From the NCBI GenBank assembly GCA_964404265.1, contig CAYOJG010000001.1:59112-118159 (forward strand): DNA of 59,048 bases. Reading direction: 5' to 3'. Source of the stretch: an uncultured Desulfurococcaceae archaeon (lineage in GTDB: Archaea > Thermoproteota > Thermoprotei_A > Sulfolobales > NBVN01). How positions within the stretch are numbered: position 1 is the stretch's first letter; every line of letters starts with the position of its first letter. The notes under the pieces were generated by a model. It saw only the letters and a program-made list of their open reading frames with translations. It was not told the origin of the DNA and did not search any database. Positions 20,422-25,837 of this stretch are shown here, piece after piece. A program made the translations under genes and the position numbers.

Positions 20422-21477
20422 ATGAGCAAAACCTCAAGATGCGTTGAGGAGAGTATTCGTGGAATAACAAACTGCTTTTCTTCTATTGCTAAGGGTGAAG
20501 TCCTACAGATTTGCTGCTTCCAACCAAAGAATGATGATGTAAAACCTCTGCTGTTGAAAGCTTTAGGATTAATTCTCACAGATGGTAATCTCTCCGCACT
20601 CCTTAAGGGATACAGAACTATAGTCTTCCGAGGAGTGAATGAATCGTCAGTTCAATCTATTAGCAAAACATTTCTTCAACTGGGTTCATGCATAAGAATC
20701 AGAAATTATTCTCCTAACGTGGAAAAATTCGGTGTCCCCTCCTTTCAAGTTAGTGTCTTAAGCAAAGGGTCCTTCAGGCCTTTGAAGGAAGAACTCATTA
20801 AACTGCTGAAATCCGTGTTTGAATCCCCTCTTTCTCTCTTTTCTCGATTATCGACTAGGGCTTCTGCTGCTTTTCTAGCAGGGATCCTTGACGGTGATGG
20901 ATATGTTGGGAAAGAGAAGAGATATATTTCTATAGCGCTAAAGAGGAGTTCAAACAAAGGAAGAATTATTCATGAATTTCTTCGATACGTAGAAGCAGTT
21001 GGACTTATTTCTGTCGGAAAATATACAGGTCCACCTAAATATGAAGTAGTTATAACCTTCCCATCTATAGACTATGCCAGATTAGTTTCTGAATATGTTT
21101 ACCATCCTTTGAAGAGGGAGAGATTCCTTAGATACCTTAGAAATGTTGAACGTAGCCGGTACTGTGGTACATCAATAGAGCAGTATAAGGCTATCCTGAT
21201 ACATGCTTCCTATGGTTATCTAATGAAGAAAGGAAATAGTGCTATCCTTGTTCTGTATATACCTGTAAGGCAAGCTAAGAAAGGATTAAGGTCAATAACT
21301 TCAGGAGGCATTCTTCCCAAACCTTTAGTCGCAGGAGGAAGATTAATGATCAAGGTGCCTAAGAAATGTATACCGAATCTGGCGAAGGCCCTAGAGCAAA
21401 GCGACACAAACAGAGTTAATGAGAAGATAGCTGAAGTAGTAAAGACGTATATTAAGGATTATGGTATGTCACCTTAA
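20422..21477 (+). CDS. double-motif LAGLIDADG homing endonuclease-like protein
   Basis: Two dodecapeptide motifs, LLKALGLILTDGNL and AAFLAGILDGDGYV, about 110 aa apart, plus a ~150-aa C-terminal extension. ATG at 20422; the ORF-track GTG is at 20413. Confidence 0.7.
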   Translation: MSKTSRCVEESIRGITNCFSSIAKGEVLQICCFQPKNDDVKPLLLKALGLILTDGNLSALLKGYRTIVFRGVNESSVQSISKTFLQLGSCIRIRNYSPNVEKFGVPSFQVSVLSKGSFRPLKEELIKLLKSVFESPLSLFSRLSTRASAAFLAGILDGDGYVGKEKRYISIALKRSSNKGRIIHEFLRYVEAVGLISVGKYTGPPKYEVVITFPSIDYARLVSEYVYHPLKRERFLRYLRNVERSRYCGTSIEQYKAILIHASYGYLMKKGNSAILVLYIPVRQAKKGLRSITSGGILPKPLVAGGRLMIKVPKKCIPNLAKALEQSDTNRVNEKIAEVVKTYIKDYGMSP

Positions 21478-21503
21478 CTAAAATATTTAAGGCGAGTTGT
21501 AAC

Positions 21504-21513
21504 ATAAAGAAAC
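21504..21513 (+). repeat. third copy of ATAAAGAAAC
   Basis: Exact match to 20261-20270 and 20304-20313. It sits 2 nt upstream of the 13-nt GC-rich segment GCCGGGCCGCCCG. Confidence 0.5.
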
Positions 21514-21578
21514 AGGCCGGGCCGCCCGCCTCGGAGATACACCCTTCAAGGGGTCTGACCCGAGGTCGGTGGTTCAAA

Positions 21579-21602
21579 ACGGGCTGTAAAGGCCCGGGAA
21601 AG
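21579..21602 (+). other. 24-nt intron in the T-loop (about position 59/60) of tRNA-iMet
   Basis: GGTGG-TTCAAA[ACGGGCTGTAAAGGCCCGGGAAAG]T-CCACC. The intron has a CGGGC/GCCCG hairpin. A relaxed bulge-helix-bulge is drawable: T-stem, AGT bulge, TTC/GAA helix, AAAA bulge, hairpin. Confidence 0.6.
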
Positions 21603-21622
21603 TCCACCCCCCGCTACCACAA

Positions 21623-21646
21623 AGAGAAGCCCCCCACCACTTCTCT
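21623..21646. terminator. hairpin between the tRNA 3' end and the convergent protease gene (possible bidirectional terminator)
   Basis: AGAGAAG-CCCCCCACCA-CTTCTCT: a 7-bp stem with a short T-run following on each strand. Function is inferred only. Confidence 0.25.
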
Positions 21647-21649
21647 CCT

Positions 21650-22320
21650 TTGTTCAAAGAAACAAGAGATTGTGCAGACAAGTTCTCTTCCCCTATTTTC
21701 TTTGGTTTGTGTGTTTTGTGGGGTGTGTTGGTGTTGGTATTGGGCCTGGTATGTATTCTACTGTTGGTCTTGCTGGTTTTTCTTGTGGGTATAGTTCCAT
21801 GAGTTGGTATACTTCTTGGGGTAGTTGTGTTTTTACTTTTAGTCCTATTTCTTGTAGGTCTTCTGCGGTTATTGGCCAGTCGTGTGTGTAGGTTCCTTCG
21901 ACTAGTTTTTGTATTGCTTTCTGTATTTGTTGTTGGTTTAGTTTTCCTTGGAGGAGTTTTGTTACTAGTTGTTTTGTTTGGTTGAGTGCTTTTTGGGCTA
22001 TGTCTGCTAGGATTAGTGTTTGGTCGCTTACTTTGTCTGTTCCTTTTTGTTTGACTGCGTTTATTATTGAGGGTGCTGGGTATTGGCCTTGCTGTGTTGT
22101 TAGTTGTGGGTCTACTGGGCCTAGTACTGCGTCGGGGTCCATCCATATTTCGTCGGCTGCTAGTGATATGAGGGTTCCTCCGCTCATTGCGTAGTGGGGG
22201 ATTATCACTATTTTCTTTGCTGGGTGTCTTTTGAGGGCTAGGGCTATCTGTGACGCTGCCAGTAGTAGGCCTCCCGGCGTGTGGAGTATTAAGGCTATAG
22301 GTGTTTCGGGGGGTGTTGAC
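21650..22320. other. extreme G+T-rich top-strand block
   Basis: Hand count of 21721-21780: G22 T28 A4 C6. It covers the 3' two-thirds of the minus-strand protease gene, whose coding strand is therefore A/C-rich. Confidence 0.85.
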
Positions 22321-22580
22321 CTTATTGCCCTAAGGACCTGTTCAGAGTCCTCGATATCTATGAATCTGTATATAGGTATGCCTAGGAGCGAGATCTTCTC
22401 CTGCCTATGGATCATGGTGATTACTTTAGCACCGAGCCTCCTCTCAAGAGCCCTGATTAGGGAGGCCCTAGCGTTCTTAAGCGACTGGTACTTCATGTAG
22501 GGCGTTACGAAAGTTATGAAGATCCATATGAGGAAAAACATCCAAAGCAGGTCCCCGAACGTGGGTGAAGCATCCGCCAA
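21693..22580 (-). CDS. Clp-fold (SDH/DUF114-type) membrane-anchored serine protease-like protein
   Basis: 295 aa. An N-terminal TM segment, then VITMIHRQE...LILHTPGG...HYAMSGGTLISLAADEIWMDPDAVLGPVDPQL, typical of the ClpP/crotonase-fold SDH family. Confidence 0.6.
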   Translation of the reverse strand: MADASPTFGDLLWMFFLIWIFITFVTPYMKYQSLKNARASLIRALERRLGAKVITMIHRQEKISLLGIPIYRFIDIEDSEQVLRAIRSTPPETPIALILHTPGGLLLAASQIALALKRHPAKKIVIIPHYAMSGGTLISLAADEIWMDPDAVLGPVDPQLTTQQGQYPAPSIINAVKQKGTDKVSDQTLILADIAQKALNQTKQLVTKLLQGKLNQQQIQKAIQKLVEGTYTHDWPITAEDLQEIGLKVKTQLPQEVYQLMELYPQEKPARPTVEYIPGPIPTPTHPTKHTNQRK

Positions 22581-22611
22581 TCAAACCACCAATAAATAAT
22601 GAAGGGATGAA

Positions 22612-22956
22612 CTATTTACCTTTCCCACCCAGCCACCTCTCGAGACCACCCCCGGAAGGCCTCCCACCCCTAGAAACCTTAGCGGAGATCTCCCCAATAA
22701 GGGAGTCCCAAGACCTCTCCCCGGAAGCCCAAGCAGCGACAGCCCCCTCCAAACCGGCCATAAGCCTCAGAAACTCCGGCCAAGAAACACCTGAAGCTGA
22801 AAGCTGATCCCTCCAGAAACCCCACAAATACTTAGGCAACCTATTACCTAGCCAAACAGCATACCTAGGGCTGACGCCTGCCCTAACCAACTCAGCAATA
22901 AACTCCTTAACATCTCGAGGTTCTGGAGGAGTAGGCAACCCACCCAAACAAAGCAC
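22612..22956 (-). CDS. hypothetical protein
   Basis: 114-aa ORF, G/W/L/R-rich because its coding strand is the G+T-rich strand here. No motif recognised. Confidence 0.4.
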   Translation of the reverse strand: MLCLGGLPTPPEPRDVKEFIAELVRAGVSPRYAVWLGNRLPKYLWGFWRDQLSASGVSWPEFLRLMAGLEGAVAAWASGERSWDSLIGEISAKVSRGGRPSGGGLERWLGGKGK

Positions 22957-23035
22957 CTAGTAAATAATACGTAAAACACGAAAATAAAGACACAACGTTA
23001 AATTAACGCACACAAATAATGAATAAGGGAAGGGA

Positions 23036-23893
23036 ATGCCGGCCAAACCGAAGAAACTACACATAGGCCCAGCAGGCATACCCATATCAACCAAGAAGAA
23101 GTCCACGCCTGAAGGCGTCAGAAGGGTTGCTGAACTAGGCCTCGACGCCATGGAGATAGAGTTCGTCAGAGGAGTTAGAATGAGCCCCAAACTAGCTGAA
23201 GAAACAAGGAAAACAGCTGAAGAGGCCGGCGTCATGCTGACAGTGCACGCACCCTACTACATAAACCTCCTAAGCCCAGACGAAGAGAAGGTTAAGGCAT
23301 CAATAAAAAGAATAATGGACTCAGCGAGAGTAGGGTACCAGGCAGGGGCATGGTCAGTTGTTTTCCACCCAGGATACTACGGGAAAACAGACCCGGAAAC
23401 AGCGACACGTAAAGTAAGGGAAATCCTGAAGCAGATATCGAGACAGCTAATAGATGAAGGCCTCGACATATGGGTAAGGCCTGAAACTATGGGAGGCCTA
23501 GCAGAATACGGGTCCCTAGAAGAACTTCTTCAGGCGGTTGAAGGAATAGAGAAGATCTCCGTAACGATAGACTTCGCCCACCTATACGCAAGAACGCTAG
23601 GAAAATTCAACACCTATGAAGAATACGAAGCAGCACTCCAGAAAATAGAGGAAATCCTAGGGAAGGAAGCGCTCAGAAACATGCATATCCACATCTCAGG
23701 GATGGAGTACGGACCTAGAGGGGAGAAAAGACACCTAACACTAAGCGAAACAGAGTTCAACTGGAGGGACGTACTCCAAGTACTGAAAGACTACGGAGTT
23801 AAAGGCGTAATGATATGCGAATCCCCAATCCTTGAAGAGGACGCGCTAATACTAAAGAAAACCCTCGCAAAACTGAAGAAAAGAAGAAAATAA
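23036..23893 (+). CDS. endonuclease IV-like (AP endonuclease family 2 / xylose isomerase-like TIM barrel) protein
   Basis: 285 aa. LDAMEIEF..., HAPYYINL, VVFHPG, RPETMG and IDFAHL resemble the metal-ligand blocks of endonuclease IV. Confidence 0.6.
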   Translation: MPAKPKKLHIGPAGIPISTKKKSTPEGVRRVAELGLDAMEIEFVRGVRMSPKLAEETRKTAEEAGVMLTVHAPYYINLLSPDEEKVKASIKRIMDSARVGYQAGAWSVVFHPGYYGKTDPETATRKVREILKQISRQLIDEGLDIWVRPETMGGLAEYGSLEELLQAVEGIEKISVTIDFAHLYARTLGKFNTYEEYEAALQKIEEILGKEALRNMHIHISGMEYGPRGEKRHLTLSETEFNWRDVLQVLKDYGVKGVMICESPILEEDALILKKTLAKLKKRRK

Positions 23894-24133
23894 CTCAACA
23901 CCTAATCTTTTCATTACCCTCAAAACAGATTCCGTACCTCTCAACAGCCTCACAAAACTTCTCAATAGGTATGAAGGCGGTCGCCCCTGAACGCAGCCTA
24001 ACGAAAACAGACCTACCAACAACCCTGATCTCTGCCTCCTCACACACAACAACCACCGAATAAAAATAGATAGATAACTAAAAATAACTCAATGAGTTAA
24101 GAACTGAAGAAACTTCGGCGGAAGCTACTGAAG

Positions 24134-24577
24134 CTAATTAACCCTCCTAGCCCTCTTACCGAGCCTGGCCTCCCTCAAATACTGGATAGCCGCGGAGATA
24201 CTGCCCCTAGACTCAACTATAGGCCCCCACCTAGTCCTGAACTTCCTCGGAACCAAAGGCCTCACCCTCTTCTTCAACCTCCTGGGAACATAGCTAGCTT
24301 CCATACCCCTCAAACCGAAGGAACCGTCAATCATCTCAACAACCTCATCACGCTCAATAAGCTTCACCAAAACCTTCCTCAACCTATCCTCACCTGCCAG
24401 GCCGCTGAGCTCCTTCCTCAACTCCTTCCAAGTCACTGGACGCCCCTTCCTCCTAATAATGTCCTTAACCATCCTCTCAAGCTCCTCATCGTCAGGAGCC
24501 CTCATCACCACAACATCCTCATCCTCATACACAACCTCAAGATCCCTCTCCTCACTCCTTCTCTTATTTAAGGCCAT
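24134..24577 (-). CDS. hypothetical protein (basic; possible winged-helix)
   Basis: ATG at 24577 preferred over the ORF-track start at 24685, because an AT-run (24591-24603) lies just upstream. No family recognised. Confidence 0.45.
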   Translation of the reverse strand: MALNKRRSEERDLEVVYEDEDVVVMRAPDDEELERMVKDIIRRKGRPVTWKELRKELSGLAGEDRLRKVLVKLIERDEVVEMIDGSFGLRGMEASYVPRRLKKRVRPLVPRKFRTRWGPIVESRGSISAAIQYLREARLGKRARRVN

Positions 24578-24703
24578 ACCATTCACCCCGTTAATATATA
24601 TATCGCAAAAACCATATATAAACCTAAACAATAGAACAGCCCCACCACCAAGAGATAACGCCCTTTTAAGCAGTGCACACCTCAAAGAATAAACGGTGAG
24701 TAA

Positions 24704-24991
24704 ATGAAGCAGCTAACAATAGTCGCAACCATACCGCCCCACACAGACGCAGCAACCCTTAGAAAAATCCATATGATTAAGGCATTCCTCCAAGAAGAAA
24801 TAGGTGTGAAGGCAAACCTCGTAGTAATAGACGGCGAAGGGAAACCCAGAATAATCGCGATGGATGAGGTAATAGACCTCAACGAAGACCTGAACACGAT
24901 AATACATAAAATAGCTGAAAGTATGGCCTACGACCTATCAGACCCCAACTTCCTAGACAAAGTGGCGATAGGGGCGACAGGAAAAGAATGA
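24704..24991 (+). CDS. hypothetical protein
   Basis: 95-aa ORF preceded by GGTGAG, a Shine-Dalgarno-like sequence. Confidence 0.45.
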   Translation: MKQLTIVATIPPHTDAATLRKIHMIKAFLQEEIGVKANLVVIDGEGKPRIIAMDEVIDLNEDLNTIIHKIAESMAYDLSDPNFLDKVAIGATGKE

Positions 24992-25126
24992 AAAACGAGT
25001 TTACGCACTCGAGAAATTCGATTATCTAACCGAATAAAAAACCTAAAAAAGATAACCCAATATTTTAATATAGATATAGTAAATTTATAAACCTCAACTT
25101 AACATAATTATGGTAAGGTGTAAGCG

Positions 25127-25837
25127 GTGCTGACCGATGAAAGAATATTTGCCATAGAGCTCCTCAAATCCTTCAAAAAGATATTCAAGTACCGCGACCT
25201 AGAAGAAATAACGGGACTCCCCGCCCCGGCCCTATGGAGATACATAAACATGAAGATAATGCCCTCCGCGGAAAGGGCGCAGGAACTCGTTGAGAAACTC
25301 ACACAGCCGAACGTAATCGACAGAATATTCCGAGACAACATAATCGTTGCTGGGGAAAACCTCTACAACTTATCCAAAATTATTTACAGCCCGCCAATGC
25401 TGAAGATCTTTGCATACCTAGCCTACAGAGAGTTCCTAAGATACAACATAACGGCTGTAGTGACTGTGGAGGTGGATGGAATACCTGTAGCGGTTAACGT
25501 GGCGAGCGTTCTCGACACCTCCCTAGTGATAGCTAGGAGAAGGCCAGAACTCGGGATAAAGGACTACTACCAGACAAGCTATCTGGCGAGAGATCCTCCA
25601 GCAGTAATAAACCTCTTCCTCCCAACACACTCACTCAACATAAACGACAGAGTGCTGATAGTTGACGACCTCCTACACACAGGGAGGACGTCCTCAGCCC
25701 TCCTCAAACTGATAAGGATGGCTGGAGCAACACCCATAGGCCTCTTCTCAATAATAGGTGTAGGTAAATCCTGGGAGAAGATGCTTAAGGACCAGCTCGA
25801 AAAAATCTATGTCGTTAAATACCTCCCCGGTGAGTAG
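25127..25837 (+). CDS. phosphoribosyltransferase-domain protein with N-terminal HTH-like region
   Basis: PRPP-binding motif VLIVDDLLHTGRTSSA in the C-terminal half. GTG start. Confidence 0.6.
   Translation: MLTDERIFAIELLKSFKKIFKYRDLEEITGLPAPALWRYINMKIMPSAERAQELVEKLTQPNVIDRIFRDNIIVAGENLYNLSKIIYSPPMLKIFAYLAYREFLRYNITAVVTVEVDGIPVAVNVASVLDTSLVIARRRPELGIKDYYQTSYLARDPPAVINLFLPTHSLNINDRVLIVDDLLHTGRTSSALLKLIRMAGATPIGLFSIIGVGKSWEKMLKDQLEKIYVVKYLPGE

Larger units (their letters stand above)
20394..21561 (+). mobile_element. ORF-bearing intervening sequence (archaeal intron-like / homing element) inside the tRNA-iMet gene
   Basis: About 1.17 kb separates the tRNA segments and contains a LAGLIDADG ORF. 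A perfect 13-bp GC helix (20371-20383 with 21516-21528) closes the ORF-containing loop. Base composition is unskewed, unlike the flanks. Confidence 0.55.
20327..21619 (+). tRNA. initiator tRNA-Met (anticodon CAU), interrupted gene
   Basis: Cloverleaf hand-folded from four segments: 20327-20364, 20389-20393, 21562-21578 and 21603-21619. Acceptor AGCGGGG/CCCCGCT with A1:U72. D arm GGGT-AGCCAGGCA-GCCC. Anticodon arm CGGGG-CTCATAA-CCCCG. Variable loop AGGTC. T arm GGTGG-TTCAAAT-CCACC. Discriminator A plus encoded CCA. Exact junctions are uncertain. Confidence 0.75.

Noticed and set aside
20050-20579. Minus-strand ORFs 20050-20283 (77 aa) and 20103-20579 (158 aa) encode very hydrophobic, Cys/Phe/Val-rich peptides.
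   Set aside because: They lie antisense to the A/C-rich tail of the DUF1152-like gene and run across the tRNA 5' half. The open frames are a by-product of the extreme G/T richness of that strand, which has few stop codons.
21592-21612. GGCCCGGGAAAGTCCACC looks like the RNase P RNA CR-I motif (GGAAAGUCC preceded by a P3-like hairpin), and also vaguely like an SRP RNA helix-8 segment.
   Set aside because: The total GC-rich sequence is too short. The downstream DNA is low-complexity G/T with no further conserved RNase P or SRP elements. The segment is fully explained as the 3' end of a T-loop intron plus the T-stem and acceptor strand of tRNA-iMet.
21574-22146. A 190-aa minus-strand ORF (T/N/R/K/P-rich), plus the 73-aa plus-strand ORF 21670-21891.
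   Set aside because: These are alternative frames of the compositionally extreme block. They overlap the better-supported Clp-fold protease gene (21693-22580), which has recognisable motifs. The low-complexity translation is typical of a frame artefact.
22957-23235. A 92-aa minus-strand ORF upstream of and overlapping the endonuclease IV-like gene.
   Set aside because: It overlaps the 5' end of a motif-supported plus-strand gene and has no motif or ribosome-binding signal. It is probably a shadow ORF.
24080-24130. A possible C/D-box sRNA (ATGAGTT ... CTGA ... CTGA) in the 240-nt intergenic region.
   Set aside because: The C box is a poor match to RUGAUGA, and the spacing between boxes does not leave about 12-nt guides. 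No terminal stem is present.
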